Assembly (NCBI GenBank): GCA_973851085.1
Contig: OZ316775.1
Location: 18,786,001 to 18,850,000 of the forward strand
Reading direction: 5' to 3'
Length of the DNA: 64,000 nucleotides
Origin: Ptychomitrium polyphyllum
Lineage: Eukaryota
The translations under genes and the position numbers were made by a program. Below the pieces are notes generated by a model. The model saw only the letters and a program-made list of their open reading frames with translations, did no database searches and had not been told where the DNA came from. This document shows, piece by piece, positions 26,001-38,600 of this stretch. Numbering within the stretch: the first letter of the stretch is position 1; each line of letters opens with the position of its first letter.

Positions 26001-28186
26001 CTAGTGAGTGTATTATTCACAAGAGGATTCAGAATCCAGGAAAATGTGTAATTGAGGAGAAAAAACTGTTTCACACTTACCAGAGCACCCACACGAAGCC
26101 CGTGTACTTGAGTATGTTTATAATGGGTAAGAAGGAGCCACACTTTATCATCGAATTCCAAAAGCTGACCCTCCATTAAAATGCTTGTTATCTTTCCCAC
26201 ATATGATCGAAGACCTGCACAAGCACATTATTTCCTGTCATGCAACGACTTTAGAAGGCCGTGAAATGGTAACCTGACAGCTACACGGCTCTAACAAGTG
26301 TCATGAATCAAGTGCTATGTGAGAGTAGAAAGAACACTATGACCTTGATGTCACGGAACACTAACAAACCTGCTGAATGATCAATATGTGATATCTTATT
26401 TTCGCAGAGTGGGACTGTTCACCCGACAACTAATAGGTCTACTACATGTGAAAGTTCACGCCTGATGCATACTACCTTCTCCAGCTGTATCCAACGCGTC
26501 ATCATAAGGCTCCGCTCTTGATTTGAGTTGAAACCTGAGGTTCTTTGAGCTTGTCGCATCATGTGAACCATTAAGACCTCTTAGATGTCGAAATTGATCC
26601 CTGGGTTGATTTTGAAGTCGATTGCCAATGACATGCTTGTAGAATCCATCTGCCTCGTCTGTCTTCGAATTGGAGTCCACCACTCGAGGACCAATACGAA
26701 ATACTAGGCCTGTCCGAGTTGCAACGTAGATACAAAGCTCTTTCTTCTCGGGACCAAGCCGGATCATTTTTCTCCGCAATCCACAAATGTCGATACAGTC
26801 TCCAAGCATTTCACCCAACAAAGGACGCCAAGAAGCAACAGCACCTGAGAAGTAAATAGAAACAGTTCCATCCTCGCTTGTATCGACAAGCTCCTGCTCG
26901 GGAAATTGATTGTCAGGCAAAGCATCAAAAGCATTTTTGTTGTCTTTTGGTAGGCAGATAGAACTGTGACAGCAGCAACTAAGCTCAACCAAAAATCCCA
27001 GCATACGCTGACTATCCGACTGAATTCTTGAGCCACTCTTGTCTTTGAAGAGAGACTTCTGCAGACCAGAGCCAGATAAGTCCCTACAATCTGCATTCAC
27101 TGGTGAATGCTGTGAGGTTTTGGAAGGTATTACAAATGGTGGGCCGATGCAATGTAGGAAGCCCCGAACCCTCACACGGGGCTTACTTGTGCCAACCTTC
27201 TCCAGCGGACTTTCCAAGTCCAGGTTGCGAACATTTGCAGCGGCAGGGCAGAGACACAGAGAAGGAAAACCTTGCACCTGCACAAGACCTCTAGTTATTT
27301 ACGAGTATGAGATTTAAATTAAGTTTAATACTAAAAATTTGGTATGCAGCAGTGGAGTACCTGGGTAGTTGACACAGACGGCTCATCCAGTAGCTTCAGG
27401 CTATGGATTTCAAGGCAGCCTCCGCAATCCAACAATTCAGAGAATACCCTCTCATGCCCAGAAATTCCTTGTAACTCGCCATTTTCGTCGCACCCCGTCC
27501 TTTTGATTTGAGGAACTGTATCACAACCGGCAGAGCCATCTTCCGCATCGCAAAGTTTTTCCGACTGCTTCGATGCTGGTACGAATGTCCATGAATTAAC
27601 CTGAATCATACCAATCCAAAATCCGGATAGCAACATGTAAGGCTACACAATACAACGCAGTGCCTTTTCTCTACTTAGCCACTAAGCTGTGTAGAGACTT
27701 TCAATGAACAAGTACATAATTCAGAACAAACTTCAAATTACAGAAACAACACAACAGAATGTCTCAAACCTGCACACGCTGGCCTAGAAATCCAACGTCA
27801 AGGCTCTGAACGGTGCAGCAAACAGCAACCGCTCCATCACAGAAGGCCAAACAGTCCAACGAGTTCGAACCAGCTGCCGGATGCGAACTCGAAGCCCTGT
27901 TCCAAAGCAAAAGCCGCCCTACTAGCAGCCTCGACTCTACCTTCAGCTTCTTCACCACCCGGGCACCCTTCGTCGCCTCTCCTTTCCGCTTACGAGAACT
28001 CTCCGACGCCTCAACTCTCCCCTCTCCAGAATCAGACGCTCCAACAAACCCATCAACCATATTTAAAGCATTCTCTATCTCCCTCCCAGAAAAACCAACC
28101 CCTCGACTCGGAACAGCTTGTAACGAAGATGAAGAGCACGAAACTCCGGCCAGTAGAAGCTCTCTCAAAGACAATCGAACATGCAT
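20013..28186 (-). CDS. CTC1: CST complex subunit CTC1, ~19 exons, ~1670 aa
   Basis: The N-terminus (LSLRELL..., CLAFCDGAVAVCCTV...QRVQVNSWTFVP, GGCLEI), GLRVGA, LQLVDATG..DVVVPDL, PLGFGPGAVACFRR and the C-terminal VLVDDGSAVAECW resemble plant CTC1 as I recall it. Exons: 28186-27770, 27600-27361, 27277-26476, 26214-26081, 25984-25866, 25488-25414, 25305-25227, 24985-24923, 24720-24643, 24314-24105, 23860-23756, 23601-23254, 23151-22645, 22476-21709, 21615-21524, 21406-21184, 21033-20895, 20744-20335, 20228-20013; phases are consistent, and the 20895/20744 junction is the least certain. Confidence 0.88.
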
Positions 28187-28218
28187 TGTTCTTCCTGAGA
28201 AACAACCGTTCCTCGCTT

Positions 28219-28608
28219 AAACCCAGAACCCTAAACCCTGAGACTAGCATTATCTCAATCCACATCACAGAAACTCAAACATCGAAGTTACGCATCACAC
28301 AGACACTGAAAAACTCGTCACCAAAGGAGCATTCCTTTCTCGAGGCCATTGAAAGAAAACCAACAGTTGCAACCTAGGGTTTCAACTTCCAATCTCAGCA
28401 CACAAGAGATCCATCAAAATCCTCCAAAATCATCGACCAGCATCTCAATCCAGAGCTTCACAGCAATTCACACTCCATCAATTGAAACATCGACATCAAA
28501 GAGGCCTCCCTGAAGGGCATTGAAAATGAAGGAAACAGTCAGTGACGTCAACGAACGCGACCTAGGGTTTGAGTGAAATCCTAACCTCAGCACACAAGCG
28601 ATCCATCA
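28219..28608. promoter_or_regulatory. Telo-box cluster and ~45-50 bp direct repeat upstream of CTC1
   Basis: AAACCCA-GAACCCT-AAACCCT at 28219-28239; TAGGGTTT (telo-box reverse complement) inside two related segments, 28372-28416 and 28560-28608 (ACCTAGGGTTT...CTCAGCACACAAG.GATCCATCA). Confidence 0.6.
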
Positions 28609-29259
28609 TTCAATCAAGAGGTGAATGAATTCGAACCATCTGTCTTTGAAATGAATAGTAATTCTGATCCAAAGACAGAGTGTGAATCAAGACTATGTTG
28701 AGGGTAGGGCTACTAAATTTATGTCACCAAGCTCTAAATTAAGAGTGTGCTACAGTCAATGCTTTCTCTTGGAGGTAGACTCTCTCTATAAGAAAAGAAC
28801 TTTGGTCCAGAGGACCGGCGGACATGAAGACTCAGACTCTCAATGCTCTCTCGAAAAGGTGGACTCTCTGTACCTTAACATGCCCTCGCTCCATGCCTTC
28901 TCGCAAAGGAAGACGCCATGTAAATCAACAGTAACCAGCAAGCAACCAAGAGCCACTGTCTACAGCCAGAACATACACACAACAAGAGAAGCAATGCGCT
29001 CAACCTTAAAGACCATGTGAACAAGATGACTATGTGCCATTGCGAGAGGGTCAGAGATTGCGGAGCGATTCATTTGCAACCTGGGACTCCACGGAAAGAA
29101 GATGAGTGCATTCGAAGCGGACAAACAGGAAACTTTTGAAAATGCTTGCCAAGGCTTCGTCGTGAAGCTCCGTAGTCACAGGGCGGGAAAACGAGGGATT
29201 TAATTTCTACGCCAGACGCAGATTCTGAGTTTCTACCGGTGTTCGCTCTTTGTAGATTG

Positions 29260-29550
29260 CATTGTATGTATAACGATGGTGTTGGTATCGAGTACGATTT
29301 TTGTATTGGGTACGGTCTTGGTATCGGGTACAGAGTTGGTATGGTGTACTCTGATGGTGTGGAGTATGGGATAGGTATTTGATACTGTGTTTGTATGGGA
29401 TATGGTGTTGGAATCAGGTACGGCGTTGGTATTGGATATGGTGTTTGTATGGTGTACTGTGTTGTATGGGGTACGGTATTGGTATGGGGTACGCTCTTGG
29501 TATCGGGGACGGTATTGGTATTGGTGTTGGTGTTGGTGTTGGCATTGGGT
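29260..29550. repeat. Degenerate hexamer-like (GGTRTN)n low-complexity repeat
   Basis: Recurring GGTATC/GGTATT/GGTATG/GGTGTT/GGTACG units, ending in near-perfect (GGTGTT)n at ~29523-29540. Confidence 0.75.
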
Positions 29551-29699
29551 ACATATCCGTTTTCTGTAGCAGTGGAGCGTCGAATGCAGACTGATGATCG
29601 ACGCTGGATGTAAGGGGCTCGTATTAGTGTGTTCTGAAGGCTTCAAATGTACTTACAATTGGGTGTGGGAAACAACAAGAGCTAAGTCACTTCATAGGT

Positions 29700-32600
29700 T
29701 CAACTTTCTGTGTACCATTGTACTACTGTTATTGTCAAATCTAAGGTGAGCAATCCAAGACCAAAACTATGGCATATGTAAGTTTCTAAAGGTGTAATAT
29801 TAAGGTGGATTAAAAGTCTAGATCTAATGCGTTTTGTCACTATTGATATATGTTTCTCTGAAATTTTGTCATATTGTATATGTTATGGATTATACAAATG
29901 TCTTAATTTAAAAACCTATCATTGAATGTACAATTTCTATGAAGCATTTGTGCCGTAAAGTTGTTTGAATACTTTTATGGTACAAATGCTTTAAGAATTT
30001 TACTTATTATTTTGTCTATATAGTTTCCTATTATGTAGAAGTTCCTTCTTCTCATACAAATTTTTTTTAATTGAAGTTCAAAAATCAACGAGCATATTTG
30101 TAATAAAATGCTATAATATTATATATAACATACTTTAATATCATTATCATAACATTTTATAATACAACAACCTTTTTGTATTTTTGAACATCTGCCTTAA
30201 TTCTTAAAATACCATTGTTTCAAAACTAAGTATTTTAAGAATTTAAATAACCCTCAATCCAACATTTTTTATTATGATTATTGGAAGAAAAAAAAATTGA
30301 GATGTAAGAAATAATAGCTTCATAGAAATATAATCTCATTTCATTAAGAATTTCATAAAAATTATTTTGCCTTAAGCAATTTAAATCTCTTTTGGTCATA
30401 TTATAAAGGTTGTAAGTGCATTGGATACAATTGTTTTATATAAGAAAAACATGTGATTACAAAAAGAATAAATTGTAAAGGAGTTGGAAAAAAATTATTA
30501 TATTAACAACATATTTGCATAGAAAGAAGAAATTGTTCATAAGTTGTAAGGTAGTTGTTATCCAGAATTCTGTTACCTTCTTATATATAATTTATGATAT
30601 ATTCTTAATGTAATAATGTCAATAAATGCTTTCTTTTAATTTAATGTCATAAACTATAAAAATATCTTGACCATGTAACATATAAGAAGTGAAGGTCATA
30701 TTAACAATTATGTATCAACTTATTAACATGACATTTTTTTTGGTTTCACAAGGATTGTGTATGAAACAGATTTGGATGTATAAAATATTCAATTTTTTTT
30801 GTTTTGCAATACATATAAGCATCTTATAAGTTCAAATAATATTGTGAAAACAATCTAATAGCTCTTTAGTTTTATAAATTTTTAAAAAAATTTAAAAAAA
30901 ACTATTTTCAAGTTATTAGGCATAACTTTAAAGTTTGATTATATTAGATTTTGAAAAAAAAAATTCAATAAAGAACAAATAAAATTAATATTTAAATAAA
31001 TAATTAAACTAAGGAAATGGACTTGAAATCTGGTTCACTGAATTAAATAGATTATTACAACTTTAATATTAAAGATATAAGAAACATGAAGCAAAAACAA
31101 AGTGTTTCCCATGGATTAGCTTTCAAAGAGCTAATGATTAACAAGAACTGATATAAAGATTATAACAAGGCAGAATACAATATGATTCACAACTTGTGTT
31201 GGCAAGGCTAAGGAATACCTTGTCTTGCCTCTTATTCATACTATGATGCTTATATCTCCTAGGATACTTCTAAAAAGCTTCCTACAAGGTTTGAAAATGT
31301 TCTAGAAGTCTATGGAACCTTCCCCAGAAGTTTTTTAAGATATTGGAACCTTTTTAAAACTCTTGCAAGGAGTTTGAAAACTTCTTTGGAAGTTTTTTAA
31401 GATGATGGAAACTTCTTAGGAAGTTTCCTGAGGTGGTGGAACTTTCCTAGGAAATTTCTTAAGGATGTGGAAACAACTATGGAAATAGTAAAAGTAATTT
31501 AAGAAGCTCTTATAATATACTAGAAGGTTTTAGAAAGTTCTAAAGGCTATATTGCATGATTTATGCCCGTGACAAATATGGCCCAATTTTTTATAATTGT
31601 TATTTAAAAAAGAACATTTTATTGTATTTAATATCCCTTATTTAATTAAATTTTTAATAATACATGTTTATTTAAAATTTGGAATTACCTTTACCTTAAT
31701 AATAGATATAAATATGATTAAAATTTATTTTAAATTATATTTTTTAATAATCCTTGATTTCATTGTAAATTTGAAGATTCTATGAAAGAAGATTTTAAAA
31801 AGAGAAATAGCTAAATTTAGTTCTATATTTTTGGTTTTTTTTGTTTTTGCAACAAACTTTTATTTTTTAATTCTATCAAATAAAATCACAAAATCCAATA
31901 TTTATATGGATTAAAAACCTTGTATTTGTAGGAATCGTATTTTTAATTCTTTAATTCACTTTACTATATTTGTACCTAGTAGTATATAAAACATTTGATG
32001 AACCAGGTTTTCAATTAATTGTAAATGCAAATGCAAAAAATTTAGGGAGCAAATCTTTATAGAGCAATATATCTTCTTTTCTATGCATGTCCTTTATCTT
32101 TATCATCTTTTCTATATTGTACTGTTTTACATAATTTTGGAAACTTAAAAAGATTTTAACAGGCTATTAAATCTTTGAACATTTAAAAAATTCCATATAA
32201 TAACAATGATTTTGTTTATAAAAATACCTTATACAAAATCAATACAACCAAAGACAAGAGTGTAATTGGAGACCTTTTAAAACAATTTTTTAGGTATTAT
32301 AGTATTTTAAAAGAGTGTCTGAAGCAAATTTCATTCTTAGTAGTGCAATCAAGGCTAGAATTCATTTGTTATCAATCCAATCTACAAATGCTTATGTCAA
32401 TTCATGAATCTAAAAGTTAATTTTGGATTATTTCCAAATAATCGTAAGTAATCCAATTTTTGTACTTTTGGCATTACAATCATTTTTTAATGGACCAATC
32501 GTTGAGTCCACGAATAATGTTTGTATCTTGATATCATGTGCCTTCCAACTTTCCAACTTTCCCACTTATTGATGAAAAGAACTTCAACTTGGGACTTCAT

Positions 32601-35600
32601 TTTTTATTGCCTTGCTTGATATATCTGGACCACACTCACATGGAATTCCTTTTTCATTGTCTGAATTACATCTCCTTAAAATGAAAACCAACATGGTGAT
32701 TTAGAAGCACGGTGGGATGGTAGTTTATTAATCAGATCTATTTAGACAGGGGTCCACACTGGTCCACACTGGTTAACTAGTTAGACTCTCTTGCCCCCTT
32801 CTTAACCCATTTTTAGTAGATTGCCAGATTGGTGACAATTGATTTTTTGATGTATAATGTGGCAATGCACAATGACTTGCATCTTACAAATCATTCAAAC
32901 GTGTCAAGTCTTCCAAAGGCAATGGTGAAATGTTCAAAAACTAAACGTGGGTCCAAAATGTGAAACGTTCCAAAACCAAAAAGTTATTCCTGTAACAATC
33001 TGGTAAAAAATTTGCCATAAAATCCACCGGTCTGCATGTTAGGAAAGATCAAAGGCAGTGATGGCACTGAGAGTCACAGGGACAAGCAACCCCTCCGGTT
33101 CTTTTATGGAGGGGAAAGGATACAGACAAACCACCATTTTCAAGGTGCCCTGGAGCAGTGGAGTGAACCCTGGAGAACCAGAGCAACAAGAGTTGTTTAA
33201 TGCCTATATCCCTCCAGATCAGTCTTTGCATGGCCTTCCTGTGATGATTTGCACCAAGTACAAACTATATTTACAGAATGGACAATATTTTATTGGATTA
33301 GGTGGTACACAATCCAGTGCATTTGTGTGAAGATTCTGCAAAAGGAGCTGATGGCAGCAACTCTTGTGAAATTGGTGGATGCTTGAAGGATAAGTAAGTT
33401 CCTGTTCAGTGTGCTTTTCAGACCAAGGTCACCACTGATGACGCCTTCAAGCAGGGCTGAATTTGTTGCAGGCCCATTTGCTGGTAAATAGTCCTACAGC
33501 GAACCCAATGATCTAATGAATCATGAGGGTCTAAATATATTCTTTCTGTGACTTACAATTTACATAACATTCTTAAGCAGGACGACCCTCTCCATGATCC
33601 AGCAATAGTGTGAGAATCGGATTCCATTTTCCCTCTCAGTATTAAACATTATCAAAAGTGGGGTATCTTGTCAGGATGCTCCCCTGTAGAAATGGTGTGG
33701 GGCCATTTGACTCAGAATGCTATGTATACATCAACAATTCACTTATTTTCTCATTTATTATTTGAATTTGGATTTTAATTAAGGTAGGTGTGGAGGAAAG
33801 TATCTTAACATATTTTGAATGGTTTGAGAAATGAACTTTACGTAACCCCAAAACTTTGTACACTAACATATTGGCAACTAATGTAGGCTTTGCCATCCAA
33901 CATGCGAATGTAAATTTTTTTGATCCTATTTGATATGAACTTTTATTGTGCTTCCAATGATGATATTTTCAAATATTGATCCCATGTGATTAATAACAGT
34001 TTTTTTTTGAACAGTTTTGGTGAGTGCATGAAAACAGGGTAGAGAAGAGTAACTTATCCTAGTGGGACAAAAAGAGAAAGAGAATGGCCTTGATTTCAGA
34101 AGATGCGGAATGCTTCAGTGGAGGGCACTTTTGCACTCCAAGCATCATTTAGACATTCAGACCATATAGGGCCCCATTATGACTGCATTCATTATATGCG
34201 TGGTACAGTCCTTGTCACCCTTCTCATATCACCCTCTTCCTTATGAGCCATGGGTCTTTTGACCTACTCAATTTTGGAGCCCAATTGCTAGTTTTGGTAA
34301 AGATTTTACTTGTAGTCCAAAATGTTCAACTATTTTACTTTAAAAAGATGTTATATTGTTCATTAAGCTACAGCAAAGTATAAAATATGATAATTGTGTT
34401 TTGTTTAAAAATAATCAAAAAATTATTGCACATATATAAGATATTAAAATGATTATCATATACCATAATTTGCAAAGAGAAAATGTACACCATTCAACTA
34501 ATTCCACATGCACGCGTGGATTTAGAAGTTGAAAACCATATGATATGAGTTGCCAAGATTGTAATAGATATTTAAAAATCATGGTGTTAGTCTCTCAAGG
34601 TTTTAATTGTAAAATGTAACAACTCCATCTTATAATCTTGTATTGATGTATTTATTTCATATAGATATCTAGATTCAACAAAAGTATAATTTTTGATAAA
34701 TTACAATTAAAAGAAAATGTTGGAAAAGATTTGTTATTTTATTTTATTTTATAAATATTAGAGATACATTTTGAGAATTTCTTTTCAAAGTAGGACTATA
34801 TCCTCATAAGATTGTTGCAATTATCTAATAAATATCTTTGTATGTGTCCTATTGAAACAAAAAGAAATTTAGTATTTTTTTCAAAAAACCATTAGGATAT
34901 GATTTGGTAAATAAAACAAGATCCAAAAATTAATTATTTGACAAAATTATAAATATGTATAGGATCTGAGATTCAAATTCATCAAATCTATATTTTACAA
35001 TAGATTTAGACATTTGTCTTAAAACTTTAACCTTAATAAACTTTCATTAAAATGTTCTTTTGAAGTTCTAGTATTAAATACATGTAATAATGAGAAATGA
35101 CACAACTATAACAACAACAAGTTTATGTATTATTCTAATGGTTTTTTACAACTTTTAATATATTTATTTACATAATTTAAGCACAACAATCTAACTTTGA
35201 TTTAAAATACCTCATATCATTAGCACTATTGCATGTATCTAAAAAGCAATGATGTTTTGTCTATCAAATATTGGATTTTAATCCTTTTGGCAATACAATG
35301 CCTAATCTTAACTAATATTTAATAATACCAAATATAAACAAAAAAAATTTAAAAATTTAAGTCAAATGCTTTAAAATCTATTTATAAAAGCTTAATAAAA
35401 AAAAATTTAAAAATTTGACCATATGGATAATTTTGAAACATAATGTATGGTTTTTTAAAAAAGAAATAAAAATGAAATTCAATCATAAGAATTATGTGAT
35501 AGAATATTTAAAAAAATATAATATTGAATATTTTTCTCTTGTGTTACAAATCTAGTGATTTTCTTATAATGTATTTCTAAAGTGGCCCATTATAAGCAAC

Positions 35601-38600
35601 AAATATAAGAAGGATGAACGCATAAATGTATATTTTTCATACAAACAAACTGAATATATTTCATTCAAAAAGAATAATTGATATCAACCAAGGTAATACT
35701 AGAAGGTGTCTTATAATCTCATCAAATTTCTCATAACCTTTTTTGCTTTGCCAAAATTATGAGTTAAGTTATAAATTTTTTAAAGATTAATAATAGTAAA
35801 AAAGAGCATCCATTTAAATCCAAAAACCACTTGATATCTACCTCGTTTTTTTCAAATCCTATAGAATGATTACAAATTGTAAATCAAATAAAAAACTAAG
35901 TATAATTTGTGAACAAACAATCAAGCCATTAAAATTTCTTTGAATTTGTAATACTTTACTATTTTTTTTAGAAATGTTACAATAGTAGATAAGAAATGCT
36001 ATAATAATTCCACATAAAATTATAATTTTATACTACCATAAATCATTAGCTATTTTGGATATATTTATCAAAATTATGTTAATTTATTGTTTTTAGATTT
36101 GTCAATTCTACATATTTAAGAAAAACGTTTTTTATAATGTTATTTTTTTAATAAATTTTTTTTGGAATTTTTAAGAATTACATTAATTTTTCTAAAAATA
36201 ACTTAAAAGTAACATCTTAAATTGAAACCTCATAACTTTTCTAAACATGACATGAAAATTATCCACTTGAAAGTTTTCATAATTTTTTCTTCTAAAATTG
36301 GAATTTTAGGAACTATTCATTTATATTTTTTACTTCTTCTTGAATGCAATCTTGTTCATGAATATTTCTTGTAGAAGCTGCTTCAAGAACATTAAAAATC
36401 TGCATATTTAGATAAGTTATGGAGATTTTTCTTTGTTATATGATTTTTGCTTCCAATGATATTTTTGAGATTAGATTCCAATTTAAGTCTAGTTTATATG
36501 GCAAACTTCTTGCATTGATTCAAAATATTACAAAGATTTTATAAGGATCATAGTATAAGGAAGTTTGATTTTAGGCACATTTTACCTTGTAAAATTTAGG
36601 TCATAATGTGATATTTCAAATTCATTTTGGACATATAAATTTTTTTTTGTAAATGCGTTTGGTACTGATATATTCTTAGGACGATGTTAAGAATGTTTCA
36701 AATGAAAGTCATTTATTTTATAGAATTCCAATTCCAATGTATCACTTCCCAAATTTAATTTTTCTGATTATTCAAACAATATAATCTTCTATTTGTGTTC
36801 CTATAAGTCCTAGATAAGAACTTCATCAACTTCATCAAATCTGTTACAAGCTTATAAAGTTGAATTTTCAATATCTTACTTTCATTTAGACCTACAACAC
36901 CTCAAAAGAAATGATGTTTTTAGACTAAAAGGCCTACATATTCTTAAGGATTATTGCCAAAATAGCAATCAAGGCAAAATTTGGACCTTATTTCAATCTA
37001 AGGCTATTTTTGAATCAGAAACATAACCATTCCATTGTTGTCACATCCTTGAGCTGAATTCATAGGGTAGACACTTGTATGAACCAAAGAAACGTCTCCA
37101 ATATATTTGTAAGAGTTCTTCTTATGTGAATATTGCCCTGAATTTTCATGCTGAGAGAGCCAGAGGCACTTGCGGGTTACCCACACGACACTGCTCAACT
37201 TACTACCAAAAAGAACATTCCTGCAGCAACCAGTGAACTGGTGCTGCACTAGTGAACCCAGGAGCTTAGGTAGTAAGTTACTAGAATCCGTTAGGTAGTG
37301 ACTACAGTCACTAATTACCAGCTGTAGTCAAAGTTACTACTTACATCCTTTATCAAAGTTGACCGGCAATTAACAATGGAAATCTCCTTCATCGCCCACA
37401 GGTCAATGTGTCAATGGCAGCTCCTAGGGAACTGGGTTGCCCACGGTCACACACAAGTTAAGCCATCTAGATGTATGCAGTGCTTGGGGCAGCTTTGGCA
37501 CTACGGTACTCATATAATATTCTAGAGTCGGCCATGTCATTCTTCTGAGGTAGCCACACATAGTGCCACTTTGAGGCCACCCCCCCATGGGTCCAGAATC
37601 TGGGTGAGAGGTGTCCATGATGAGAAAAATAATGTCAATACATCCTAAAATGCATTATTTGAACTCCACCTGACTTGATTGCCAATATTCAGATCCAGGC
37701 TTTGTTCAGTGAAAAATACTGACTCTTTTGCAAAGTGGTGTTCAGTAGATCGCTAAGGAATGTTGTGGACAGCAACGGAGGCCAAAGTAATGTTCAGACG
37801 TTCTAAAACTTGCCACTTATGAAGCTTTGCGACTTTGAAACAAATTATCTACTCTTTAATAATCCTAAGTATGAACTTAGTGAAAATTGTAAACTATTCT
37901 AGTACTATTGTCAATGTTGGAGTTTGACAAGCTTTTGATGTAATAGAAAGGTATTGTACAACACTCTATTAACAATGTCATCTATAAATTCATTTTTTGT
38001 GCCGTTATAATCATTTTTTTTTATTGTTCAACTCATTGTATATTATGGAATGGCATAGTGCAAAAAAACACATGTCTAGACATTAATTTTAACAACATTG
38101 TTCAAAGGCCAAAGACTAAGGTGACTAGCAATTTGGTAAAGAGTGTTATGAGAGTTAGGATGATCTTTCATACGAGAAAATTTTGTCAAGAATTATTCCT
38201 AAATGTAATTAGTAATATTTGAATTAAAATTTTTAATATTGGTTATCAATTTATTGAAATCATGATAATATTTTTAGTGTCCATATTTAAAAATATATCC
38301 CTTGAAGCTTTTACAAAGTTGTCTTTAATTATGCAATTTTTAAAATAAATTATATGAAAGTTGGTGTGGTAGCTATCAAGAAAGTAATATAATTAATGAT
38401 GAATAAATTACCTCCATAATTTGATTTCAAGGAAAATGCCTAAAAGACTTACATCACATTGAATTAAAATGTTTTGTTACATGTGACCATCAATATAAAG
38501 ATGTTGAAAGGGGTCAATGAAGAGTGCTATAAAATAAGGTTTTATACTATCACTCATGGAAAAAACACTTAATCCAACCAATTTTAATCATACATTTGAA

